DNA of 64,000 nt from an uncultured cyanobacterium (GTDB taxonomy: Bacteria > Cyanobacteriota > Cyanobacteriia > PCC-9006 > JAAUQQ01): positions 2,784,001 through 2,848,000 of the forward strand of contig OY970368.1 of the NCBI GenBank assembly GCA_963718615.1, read 5' to 3'. Made by a program: the position numbers and the translations under genes. Below are positions 10,926 to 19,724 of this stretch, piece by piece (position 1 is the first letter of the stretch; each line of letters opens with the position of its first letter). The notes below the pieces were generated by a model. That model was not told the DNA's origin, ran no database searches, and saw only the letters and a program-made list of their open reading frames with translations.

Positions 10926-12527
10926 TCAATAACGTTCCCAACGGGGTTGAAACCCCCTTCGCCTCAAAAAGGCGCGGCGAATTTGACGACGCTGTAACCG
11001 GATATCCGCAGAGTCAGTTAAGGATTCTGACTGGGTGAGGAGTTGGAGGGCTTGCTTGGGCTGATCCTGAGCGAGGCGCAGCCCCGCAAAGATTTGATAG
11101 GTTTCTGGATCGGTCGGATTCAGCGCTAGAAGCTGTTGATAAAGCAACGATGCTTCCCCATAGCGTTCCTGCTCAAATCGAACTCCCGCCAGTCCCCGTA
11201 GGGCATCTTGCTGTTGTGCCGGTTCGAGGGGTTGGCCGAGCAACGCCTCATAGCGCTGTCCACTCTGATCCCAGCGCCCTTCCTGACGTTCCATCTCAGC
11301 CTGTAAAAAGGCGACGCCGATAGCGTTCCGATCCGGTTCTGCGGTTTGGTAAGTTGCCAGACTCTGACGAGCAGCAGTCCAGTCCCCTTGGGCCATGTGG
11401 ATTTGGGCGATGCGAAAATGCAAAAACGAGGCTGGAGGGACAGACTCCGCCAAGGATTCATAGAGCGGTAACAGCCCTGGATCGGGCAGATCGAGGGGGA
11501 TCAGAGCGAGGGCGATCGCCCGTCGCTCTTCTCGGGATTGGGGCAAACTGCCAAGCTGGGACTGGAGTTGCTGGACCACATCTGCGCCATTGGACTGCCC
11601 GAGACGATAGGCTATGGTCGTGATCTTGAGATTAAGGGCGAGGGGCGTTGAATCTTGGTCTGACTGGAGTCGCCGATAAAGTTCCAAGGCCGCGTCGAGA
11701 TCCCCATTAGCTTCGTAGGATCGAGCCAAGGTTGAAACCCAATTCCGCTCTAAGGGATCAAGTATCGACGCTGAAGCCAGGACCGTGGGCAGGCGGGGGG
11801 TTAGAAGCGCGATCGCCTGATCATGCTGTCCCACAGACTGAAGCGCTTGGGCATAGGCAAGGGCTTCCGGCGGAGCCAGCTCAAATTGCGAATCGGCCAG
11901 CAAAATCTCGTAATCGGCAATTGATGCAGCCCATTGCTGTTGGTAACTCAGCAATCTTGCCCGCTGGGAGCGCGCCCCGCTGTCCTGGGGATAACGGTTT
12001 AGCACCTGGGTGAGGGCTGCAATGCCTGCATTGTGCCAGCTCGGTTGATAGGCCCCTAGGATGCCACGGGCTCGCAGCGCGGCTTCTTGGTCTGGCTGCA
12101 GATTCAGCACCTGTCCATAGGCTTGCCAAGCCTTTTCATCCTGTCCGGCCTTTTGATAGGCCATGGCTAAACCGAGCTGGGCTTCTAGGGATGTGGGATC
12201 AGTCTGAAGAACCGCTTCAAAAGCGCTAATGGAGGCGTCAATCCAGCCTTTTTCATAAAAGCCATAGGCTTCCGTTAAGGAGGCCGACTGCGCCAAGACT
12301 GACCGTCCTGTTCCCAAAGCCACCAATAAGCCCAAGATCACGCCTAAAATCCGGAGGTCTTTTCGACATGACCCTCCTAAGAATCCTCCTAGAACCTGCA
12401 CAGATTTAGGCTGTCTTTTCCTTTGAATAGTAGTATAACTGCGATGTAACTGTTGAATTTGATTCACCCTGATCATCCTTTTCAATGCTGAGTCTAATGG
12501 TCGACTAAAGTTGATTAAAAATATCAA
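10926..12527 (-). CDS. Secreted TPR-repeat protein (resembles the N-terminal scaffold of BcsC); true start probably downstream of the TTG at 12527
   Basis: Hydrophobic signal (ILGVILGLLVALG..SVLA-QS) and TPR-like helical repeats throughout; no beta-barrel; lies inside the bcs operon. Confidence 0.8.
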   Translation of the reverse strand: MIFLINFSRPLDSALKRMIRVNQIQQLHRSYTTIQRKRQPKSVQVLGGFLGGSCRKDLRILGVILGLLVALGTGRSVLAQSASLTEAYGFYEKGWIDASISAFEAVLQTDPTSLEAQLGLAMAYQKAGQDEKAWQAYGQVLNLQPDQEAALRARGILGAYQPSWHNAGIAALTQVLNRYPQDSGARSQRARLLSYQQQWAASIADYEILLADSQFELAPPEALAYAQALQSVGQHDQAIALLTPRLPTVLASASILDPLERNWVSTLARSYEANGDLDAALELYRRLQSDQDSTPLALNLKITTIAYRLGQSNGADVVQQLQSQLGSLPQSREERRAIALALIPLDLPDPGLLPLYESLAESVPPASFLHFRIAQIHMAQGDWTAARQSLATYQTAEPDRNAIGVAFLQAEMERQEGRWDQSGQRYEALLGQPLEPAQQQDALRGLAGVRFEQERYGEASLLYQQLLALNPTDPETYQIFAGLRLAQDQPKQALQLLTQSESLTDSADIRLQRRQIRRAFLRRRGFQPRWERY

Positions 12528-13745
12528 TTAAAATGTGGCCTTAACCCTTGCCCCTAAAACTGTTTCTGTAAATTCATCCCGCTCTTGAATGGAAACCGCT
12601 GCCCGCCAATGAGTTGAAAGGCGAACATCGTAAAACGCTTCCAGCACATCGGGCCGAGCCTCTCCCCTGGCTTGACGCAGATCATCTTGAGATAACTGGC
12701 GACCATAACCAATTCCGAGGCGATCGCCCGCTCGCCACAGATCCAAGACATTCAGCCCAAGGCTATAGGTATTCCCGCCTTCCCCTAAATCCACATTGCG
12801 GTAATATCCATAGCGGCCAAAAAGCCCTAAACGAGTTTGGGGAATAAAAAGCTCTGCATTGAGCCCATAGGACACCTCTCGATCATCGGGCTTGATCCCA
12901 AAGCGTTCCCCGCGTTTAAACTGAAAAATCTCGTCAAAACCACTGTTTTGTCCAGCGTCGCGACCCGCCACATAGGTCCCCCGCACAATGACCTGATTCC
13001 AACGGGCACCCACTTCTCCAGCAACTGCATCTAAGGCCAAATCTCCCCATTCTCGACTTGACGAGAAGGCGGCTCCTTTGAGCTCCAAACTATCCATTGG
13101 ACTCCAGTTCACCAAAAGTCCTGGACGAGAGGCAAGACTTGCTGAACTAAGGACGGGATTGGTCTGAAAAACCTCATTAAAAAAGTGGCTGGCTCGATCT
13201 TTAGCAAAACTATTGCGATCGAAATAGGAGGTCAAATCGATCAATCCCACAACGATGCGCAATTCTGGGATCGACGCTGGGGCAAAGGCTGCATAGAGCT
13301 CATTCACCTGGAGACTGAGCCGATCGGCCTGCCCAAAAGCCTCACCCCCCGCCAAGTCTACCTCGGCTCCTGTGAGCCACTGATCACTTAGCGGATACAA
13401 CAGCGTTGCCCGCAAGCGAGCGGAGGTATCCTCTCCTTCCTGCAAGACGACGCCCTGGAAGCGGGTTTCCAGACGATTTTCAAGGGTCGCCTCCAGATTT
13501 TCTGGAGTCGGCGGCAAGGTCTCTAATGCTGTGACCTCATCCGATACCCTATCTGCGATCGTTTCTATCACTGTTTCTGTGACCACTTCCGCAACTGTTG
13601 CTGGAGCGATCTGAGCGATCGCCGCACATTCAGTTGCTACCACACCCAAAATTGCCGCTAGAAAATAGACTCCAGCGATTTCAACCCTGAAGAATGAAAA
13701 ATTCACAATGCCCCCGAGACAGACCGGCAGCATAGCCCATGGCAA
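12528..13745 (-). CDS. Outer-membrane beta-barrel, carbohydrate-porin (OprB-like)
   Basis: Amphipathic beta-strands, DLTSYFDRNSFAKD and LEAFYDVRL segments, and a terminal-Phe beta-signal (LGARVKATF). Abuts the TPR gene. Confidence 0.75.
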   Translation of the reverse strand: MPWAMLPVCLGGIVNFSFFRVEIAGVYFLAAILGVVATECAAIAQIAPATVAEVVTETVIETIADRVSDEVTALETLPPTPENLEATLENRLETRFQGVVLQEGEDTSARLRATLLYPLSDQWLTGAEVDLAGGEAFGQADRLSLQVNELYAAFAPASIPELRIVVGLIDLTSYFDRNSFAKDRASHFFNEVFQTNPVLSSASLASRPGLLVNWSPMDSLELKGAAFSSSREWGDLALDAVAGEVGARWNQVIVRGTYVAGRDAGQNSGFDEIFQFKRGERFGIKPDDREVSYGLNAELFIPQTRLGLFGRYGYYRNVDLGEGGNTYSLGLNVLDLWRAGDRLGIGYGRQLSQDDLRQARGEARPDVLEAFYDVRLSTHWRAAVSIQERDEFTETVLGARVKATF

Positions 13746-14057
13746 CCGGTAAAAACGGCCAAGCGCTTTTGTCGATTAACCCTGATCTTTGCTAAGCAAA
13801 AACGCGGAACTACACCAAAACGGATCTTAAAAATACCCGAAAAAACACGTACACCTAGCGCTGGTTCGTCAGGGTTTCAGTGTTTTCTCTCTAAGCCTAA
13901 TTATGTAGAGCAGCGGACAACATATTTTGTTATCGTCGAGACATTTTTGAGAATTCCTGCAAAACTCTCAAAGACTTAATGTTTCTTCAAACAGTTGTCA
14001 GTGCTGACTTATTGCTTCTAGGGCAATTGAAAGTCGTTGATCTTAACTTGTCTTTTG

Positions 14058-14933
14058 TCAAGGCTCTGCAACAACAACGCCCCAAAATAAATCCTCATAT
14101 TCCCGCTCGGGAGCTTCAATTCTGTAACGCTGGGACCAAGAACAGACTTCGAAGCTGAGGCGGCGGTTGCTGCGAAAACTCCAGGGGATTTTTGCTCCCT
14201 CAACAGTAAGCCCTCCGAGAAAGACAATCCAGTGATTGGGAACTGTAACGGGCATGGGAGCCTTTTGCAGTAACCCCTCTGCCGTAATCAGCAGAAACGC
14301 CACGCCCCCCCGTCGCAGCGATCGCTCGGCCCAGCGCATCGCACTCACATCTCCAAACATAAAGGCATGGCGATAGCGCACCTGGCGATAGCCCAAAACT
14401 TCCTTGGCCCAGCCAATCATCTCCCAGGATTTGGTCATTCCACTCAGTTGCTGAATAAACTCAGGAGCGTTGGGATCAATTTGAAAAATGCTATTTTCCG
14501 CATCTCGCAAGGTTGCCAGAATGAGCCAATCTGCCTCTGCCGTCCGTAAATTGCCCTGGCTGTTGCGGAGGCGCTCGGTGGCCGCAACGGTTTTTCGTTG
14601 GGTTGTAAAAAAACCTTGTTCATAGAGGGCTTGGGCAATTTCAATGTAGCGCAGGGGCTGTTTGCGGATGAGCTCAAACAGAATCGCCGTGGGACCACAA
14701 AAGGGCTGTTGACCCTGGCTGACGCAAAAGGGATTTTGGAGGCGATCGCGCATCTGTTGCAGCACTTTACCCTTGTCCAGGTGAGGCCACAGGCTGGGGC
14801 GATCGGACTGCGAAAAGCGCATCAGGGCCTGTTCAACGGTGGGGGAGAGGGGTTGGCGATCGCTCGCTTGCGGAGGAATCGCTGTGCCGTAGAGCGTTTG
14901 TCCGAAGTTGAGCCGCTGATGGTCAGTCCGCAT
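14058..14933 (-). CDS. Hypothetical protein, predicted papain-like cysteine peptidase fold
   Basis: 291 aa ORF with QGQQPFCGP (oxyanion Gln and catalytic Cys), NHWIV (His) and CSWS (variant of NSWG). Confidence 0.65.
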   Translation of the reverse strand: MRTDHQRLNFGQTLYGTAIPPQASDRQPLSPTVEQALMRFSQSDRPSLWPHLDKGKVLQQMRDRLQNPFCVSQGQQPFCGPTAILFELIRKQPLRYIEIAQALYEQGFFTTQRKTVAATERLRNSQGNLRTAEADWLILATLRDAENSIFQIDPNAPEFIQQLSGMTKSWEMIGWAKEVLGYRQVRYRHAFMFGDVSAMRWAERSLRRGGVAFLLITAEGLLQKAPMPVTVPNHWIVFLGGLTVEGAKIPWSFRSNRRLSFEVCSWSQRYRIEAPEREYEDLFWGVVVAEP

Positions 14934-15080
14934 AAAGTCCCGATGATGATTGTTCTAGAATTAACAAGACCTCTGATTGCTACTTTAATCGACGGCTGGA
15001 TGCATCGGCAGGGGTGGTCTATGCTCCCTAGGCCCACGCAAACACCCTCCCAACCTTTCTTCAACGCGTTACTCAAACCT

Positions 15081-16022
15081 ATGTCCGTGCCAAATGCCGC
15101 GCCCCCTGTAAAACCCTTGACGATCGCCCTGGTAGGGGATATTCACGACCAGTGGCAGGAGGCAGATGCCACGGCGCTCAAGGGCTTGAGGGTGGACCTC
15201 GTGCTGTTTGTCGGGGATTTTGGCAATGAATCCGTTGACGTGGTGCGGCAGGTTGCGGCGTTGGATTTGCCCAAGGCCGCAGTGTTTGGCAATCACGATG
15301 CCTGGTACACGGCTACACCCTGGGGCCAGCGCAAACGCCCCTACAATCCGGCAGAGGAAGACCGCTTTCAGGAGCAGCTCAATCTGTTGGCGTCAGTTCA
15401 TGTGGGCTATGGCCGCTGTGATTTTCCGGCCCTGAATCTGAGCGTTGTGGGGAGTCGCCCCTTTAGCTGGGGAGGACCGGAATGGAAAACCAAAACCTTT
15501 TATCGCGATCGCTTTAAGGTAGAAAGCTTTGAGCAATCCACAGCTCGCATCGTCGCAGCGGCTCAAGCCTCTCCCTATTCAACAATTCTAATGATTGGCC
15601 ACAATGGACCCACTGGATTGGGCGCGCAGCCGGAGGATCTATGCGGTAAGGATTGGCACCCCGTTGGGGGGGATTATGGGGATCCGGATTTTGCGGCGGC
15701 GATCGCCCAGCTCAAAACCCAGGGCAAACACATTCCCCTGGTGGGATTTGGCCACATGCACCACGACCTGCGCCATCGCAAGGACCGGCTCCGAACCCCT
15801 ACACAATTTCAAGACCAGACTCTCTATCTTAATGCCGCTCGCTGTCCTCGCATCCAGCAGTTTGAGGGACAATCCCTGCGCAATTTTTCCCTCGTTACGC
15901 TCGTGGGCGGGCAGGTCCATGAGGCTTGCTTGGTTTGGGTGAATGCTGTAGGGCAGGTTCTGTCCCAAGAAAAGCTCTTTTATCAACCGCCCTTGACTGT
16001 GGCGATCGCGAATGTTGACTGA
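15081..16022 (+). CDS. Calcineurin-like metallophosphoesterase (TIGR04168-type)
   Basis: GDIHD, VGDFGN, GNHD, HNGP and GHMH motifs. The ATG at 15081 is preferred because the upstream part of ORF 14598..16022 overlaps an opposite-strand gene. Confidence 0.88.
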   Translation: MSVPNAAPPVKPLTIALVGDIHDQWQEADATALKGLRVDLVLFVGDFGNESVDVVRQVAALDLPKAAVFGNHDAWYTATPWGQRKRPYNPAEEDRFQEQLNLLASVHVGYGRCDFPALNLSVVGSRPFSWGGPEWKTKTFYRDRFKVESFEQSTARIVAAAQASPYSTILMIGHNGPTGLGAQPEDLCGKDWHPVGGDYGDPDFAAAIAQLKTQGKHIPLVGFGHMHHDLRHRKDRLRTPTQFQDQTLYLNAARCPRIQQFEGQSLRNFSLVTLVGGQVHEACLVWVNAVGQVLSQEKLFYQPPLTVAIANVD

Positions 16023-16057
16023 GGGGTGGACTGATTTGCGGATTTTTGCCTCAGGGC

Positions 16058-16087
16058 TTGACGAACTCCCCCTGCTCACGGCATGAT
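16058..16087 (+). promoter_or_regulatory. Putative sigma70-type promoter for tRNA-Ala
   Basis: TTGACG (16058-16063), 18-nt spacer, CATGAT (16082-16087), ending 14 nt before the tRNA. Confidence 0.5.
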
Positions 16088-16101
16088 AGTTTACGCGATA
16101 A

Positions 16102-16174
16102 GGGGCTATAGCTCAGTTGGTAGAGTACCTGCATGGCATGCAGGGTGTCACCGGTTCGAGTCCGGTTAGCTCCA
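16102..16174 (+). tRNA. tRNA-Ala(GGC), CCA not encoded
   Basis: Acceptor stem GGGGCTA/TAGCTCC with the G3:U70 Ala identity pair, anticodon arm CCTGC-ATGGCAT-GCAGG, T-loop GGTTCGAGTCC. Confidence 0.97.
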
Positions 16175-16346
16175 TTTAAATATTCTTCGTCTCCGCCTTA
16201 GAGTGGTCCCGACAGAGCAAGAAGTATCGAAGTGATGCGATATCGTCATCACCAACTGCTGCGACTTCGAGCTGCGCGAGCGGATGCAAGTTGAGGCACG
16301 ATTTGAGGCAGTGATTGCCGCAGCGGCGGCGCAGGAGGAATAACCG

Positions 16347-16574
16347 ATGCTAAAAAGCTATGAAGCAATCTATGAGAATGGTCAGGTCAAATGGCTTTCT
16401 GAAGAACCGGCGGTTCGCTCGGCTCGCATTATTGTGACGATTTTGGAGGTTACAACTCCAGCCGAGCCGATTCGGCGTCGGTTTCCGCCTGCTTCTATTG
16501 CGGGAAAGGGCCAAACGTTAGGGGATATCGTTAGCCCTATCGTGGATGAGGGGGATTGGGAATGTCTGAAGTGA
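16347..16574 (+). CDS. Putative antitoxin (AF2212/DUF104-like)
   Basis: N-terminal YEAIYENGQVKWL motif, strong SD (GGAGG), and overlap with the downstream PIN gene. Confidence 0.75.
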   Translation: MLKSYEAIYENGQVKWLSEEPAVRSARIIVTILEVTTPAEPIRRRFPPASIAGKGQTLGDIVSPIVDEGDWECLK

Positions 16575-16963
16575 TCGTTCTTGATACGCATATTTGGTTT
16601 TGGCTGATGACGCAGGAGTTGGAGCGTTTTCCTGCATCGTGGCAGGCGGAAATTGATCGGGCTGAGGTGGTGGGAGTTTCGCCAATTTCTTGTTATGAAA
16701 TTGCGCTGGCGAATCAACGGGGAAGGCTCGAATTGCCCTGCGTGGTGGATGAGTGGTTTGATTCTGCATTGGAGCCTGCAGGGATTGAGCTGTTGCCGTT
16801 GACGGCGGAGATTGCGGCTCGGGCTGTGGCTTTGTCGCCGGTGCATCGGGATCCGTTTGACCGGATGATTATTGCGACGGCGTTGGATTGTAGCGGTCGG
16901 TTGGCGAGTGTGGATGGGGTGTTTTCGCAGTATGACGATCTGAATTTGGGTAGTCCTATTTAG
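16562..16963 (+). CDS. vapC: PIN-domain VapC toxin
   Basis: VLDTHIW, S(C)YEIA, HRDPFDRMIIATA and SVD acidic PIN motifs. Confidence 0.9.
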   Translation: MSEVIVLDTHIWFWLMTQELERFPASWQAEIDRAEVVGVSPISCYEIALANQRGRLELPCVVDEWFDSALEPAGIELLPLTAEIAARAVALSPVHRDPFDRMIIATALDCSGRLASVDGVFSQYDDLNLGSPI

Positions 16964-17311
16964 GTAAGGATAGCCACAACCCCTTTCACGCAGAGCTTTA
17001 AGCGCTTAGAGTGAACTTTATAGACCTGAAGTATCCTGGATTTTCTCACGGTTTTACAGCCACAAAGCCAAGATATTCACGAAAGAATAGGTACTCTGGG
17101 CCATCTCATTGGCAGATACTTATCCTCTTCCACAAGGTAAGAAATTGTTGAAATTGATGCTGGTAGAGAGTTTCAGCCATCCTTACCTTTGGAGTACTAC
17201 CCGACCCTCGCCCACATCAAATACATTGAAGGCGACTTGAACAGGTCGGCCTTCTGCGCCGCGTTGTTTTGAATGGTCACGCCTCATTTCACTGAAGCTT
17301 GGTATGTGGGA

Positions 17312-17750
17312 TTAGGTATCTCGATCGCAGTTGTCTTGAACTCTCCCATTGATTAGGCGATCGCGGTAGATCTCAATGTAGCGCTGGGCTTGGAGTTCGA
17401 GGGGATATTCGGCTAGGGCCACAGCCCGACAATTTTGCCCCAGTTGTTCCCGTAACGCTGTGTCGGTTAATAACAGCACAATCCCCTGGCAGAAGTCTTT
17501 GGCATCTTCGGGGGCAGCGAGATAGCCGGTTTTTCCAGGGCGGACTAGGTCAGGGACACCGCCAATATTAAAAGACACCATGGGAGTACCGCAGGCCATA
17601 CTTTCTTGAAGAACTAAGGGCAGGTTGTCGGCGCGGGTGGGAAAGAGGAAGAGGTCGGCGGCGGAGTAAGCGATGGATTTGAGGCGATCGCTACTCACAT
17701 ACCCCAGTTCAAGACTCGGCATCCCAATTTCCCGAGCAGCGACTTTTCCT
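17312..17750 (-). pseudogene. 5'-truncated GT4 glycosyltransferase (C-terminal fragment only)
   Basis: 136 aa ORF with YSAADLFLFP, DNLPLVLQESMACGTP and GGVPD. Only ~30 nt separate it from the previous stop, so there is no room for the N-terminal Rossmann domain. Confidence 0.75.
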
Positions 17751-17753
17751 GCC

Positions 17754-18848
17754 TTAAACCAAGGATTTATAAACTTGAAGAGTCTGTTCGGCAGTTTTCT
17801 GCCAGCTAAAGTGCTTTACACGCTCATAACCTGCTGCGATTAGGCGATCGCGCTTTGCGGGATGATTAGCCAGATCTAGTAAAATATCCGCTAGGTCTGC
17901 GATTGCTGTAGGCTGGAACAAAATCCCCGCGTCGCCGATGACTTCGGGAATACTGGAAGAACTAGAAGCAACTACAGGAGTGCCACAAGTCATGGCTTCG
18001 AGCGGAGGAATACCAAATCCTTCATAGAGAGAGGGATAAACAAAGGCGATGCTACAGCGATATAGCTTGGCTAAATGGGTGTCGCTGGCGTAGCGATAAT
18101 GTTGGATGCGGTCGGCCAATTTTAATTCAGCAATTAGGTTTTCTTCTTCTGAGTTGAAGGGGGAACCTACGACACAGAGATGAATATCAGGATTGATACT
18201 GGCTGCCTTAGAAAAAGCAATTAAGAGTGTATCGAAGTTTTTATACTCTTTGGTTCGGCTACCAACATAAAGAAAGTAGGGCTCGGATGGAATAGGTTCA
18301 TCTCCATAAGACCAATCGCCGCTGAATTCAGATGCAAGGTAGGTGACGGTGATTTTTGATTCCGCATTAGGGAAGTAGCAAAGTAAGTCTGCTTTAGTAC
18401 TTTCGGAGATACAAAGAATAGCATCAGCGGCTTTGATTGCAGATTTTTTCGATTGGATCGTATAGCCTTGTGGATCAATCGTTTCAGAAAATATCTCATG
18501 AATCATGTCATAGACAGTCAGCACAATCGGCTGTTGTATTTGGCTGAATGATTCTCGGGTTAGTAGATTATAGTAAGTAGGGTGAAGAACATCAAAGTCT
18601 TGATTTTTCTTGAGCTGTCTAAAATAGTAACCTCTGATTCGGTTAGAGATTCGACTAGGGCGAAATCCTCGATATTCTTGCAGAGTGAGGTTGGGGTGGG
18701 ATGGGTAGTGGAGTTTATTTCCTCGGTAGGTTGTGGTCAGTGTGGGGTAGGTGTCTTGAGGGAGTCGATCGATGATGTTGCCAAAATAGCGATTTATCCC
18801 ACCGGCTACTTGGCTCGCGAAGATTTGGCCATCGTAGAGAATACGCAT
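17754..18848 (-). CDS. GT4 glycosyltransferase
   Basis: TVYDMIHE, KNF and PSLYEGFGIPPLEAM motifs. Confidence 0.92.
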   Translation of the reverse strand: MRILYDGQIFASQVAGGINRYFGNIIDRLPQDTYPTLTTTYRGNKLHYPSHPNLTLQEYRGFRPSRISNRIRGYYFRQLKKNQDFDVLHPTYYNLLTRESFSQIQQPIVLTVYDMIHEIFSETIDPQGYTIQSKKSAIKAADAILCISESTKADLLCYFPNAESKITVTYLASEFSGDWSYGDEPIPSEPYFLYVGSRTKEYKNFDTLLIAFSKAASINPDIHLCVVGSPFNSEEENLIAELKLADRIQHYRYASDTHLAKLYRCSIAFVYPSLYEGFGIPPLEAMTCGTPVVASSSSSIPEVIGDAGILFQPTAIADLADILLDLANHPAKRDRLIAAGYERVKHFSWQKTAEQTLQVYKSLV

Positions 18849-18858
18849 TACGTCTTAC

Positions 18859-19716
18859 CTACTTAGTGCATAGGAATGAATAAAGACGACCTGGGGATTG
18901 ATCTCGCATCGATCGGAAGATTCTGTAAGCTTTTTCTGCTCCTGATATCTTAGCAATAGAACTACCAACAGCAGTTCCAAGCTTAGATGTGAGCCAGTCA
19001 CACATTGCTTGTCTTACATCAGCATTAGATGCTGGGAAATGATTGATCACATTATCCATTGGAGCCATTTGATTAACCACCATGAATCCAGCTTTTTTTA
19101 GACTACTGGTGTAGTGTGAAACTGAGTAGGCATTTTCGCCCCCATGTAGTTGATGCAGGACATGTCCAGCAAAGAATTTTTCTAATTGATCGGAATCACT
19201 CACGACATGCTCACGAGTTGCGAGGAAAAATCCACGGGGCTTCAAAACCCGAGCGCATTCAGTTAATCCCTGAACTAAATCTGAAAAGTGATGTAGGGCT
19301 TGTCGTTCATAAATTATATCAAATGTATTATCCGGGAATGGCAACGATTCAGCAGTGGCCTGAATCGTCTTAATAGAGCCACTGCTGATGTGAGTACAAA
19401 GCCGATCTGCGGCCATCAATCCCACATCGTCGCTGGTATCTGGGTCAACTGCTGTAACTTCGCAGCCGAGTGAAGCAAAGGCATAGGACGCAATACCATT
19501 GCCACACCCAAGATCTAGGACTTGAGCTTGGCTAGAACGATCGATTAATTTCAGAAGCTTGCTGACTTCTTGAAACTCTTCACTAGCGGTGAATCGTTTT
19601 GCAGCTTCGAAGTTATCCCGATCGAGATAACAAAGCTTTACGAGTTCGGCATACTGCTCTTGCTCGCGCATCCAGTTAACTGAATCTTCGTAATTGACTA
19701 ATTTTTGAGATGACAT
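18859..19716 (-). CDS. Class I SAM-dependent methyltransferase (glycan locus)
   Basis: VLDLGCGNG, AESLPFPDNTFD and RVLKPRG motifs. Confidence 0.9.
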   Translation of the reverse strand: MSSQKLVNYEDSVNWMREQEQYAELVKLCYLDRDNFEAAKRFTASEEFQEVSKLLKLIDRSSQAQVLDLGCGNGIASYAFASLGCEVTAVDPDTSDDVGLMAADRLCTHISSGSIKTIQATAESLPFPDNTFDIIYERQALHHFSDLVQGLTECARVLKPRGFFLATREHVVSDSDQLEKFFAGHVLHQLHGGENAYSVSHYTSSLKKAGFMVVNQMAPMDNVINHFPASNADVRQAMCDWLTSKLGTAVGSSIAKISGAEKAYRIFRSMRDQSPGRLYSFLCTK

Positions 19717-19724
19717 GACTAGCG

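Noticed and set aside
13746-14057. c-di-GMP riboswitch upstream of the cellulose operon
   Set aside because: No GEMM-type GGCAAAC/GAAA/CGCAAA or class II consensus was found on the minus strand.
14598-15080. N-terminal extension of the 474 aa ORF
   Set aside because: It is antisense to the 14058-14933 gene, and the phosphoesterase motifs begin only after the ATG at 15081.
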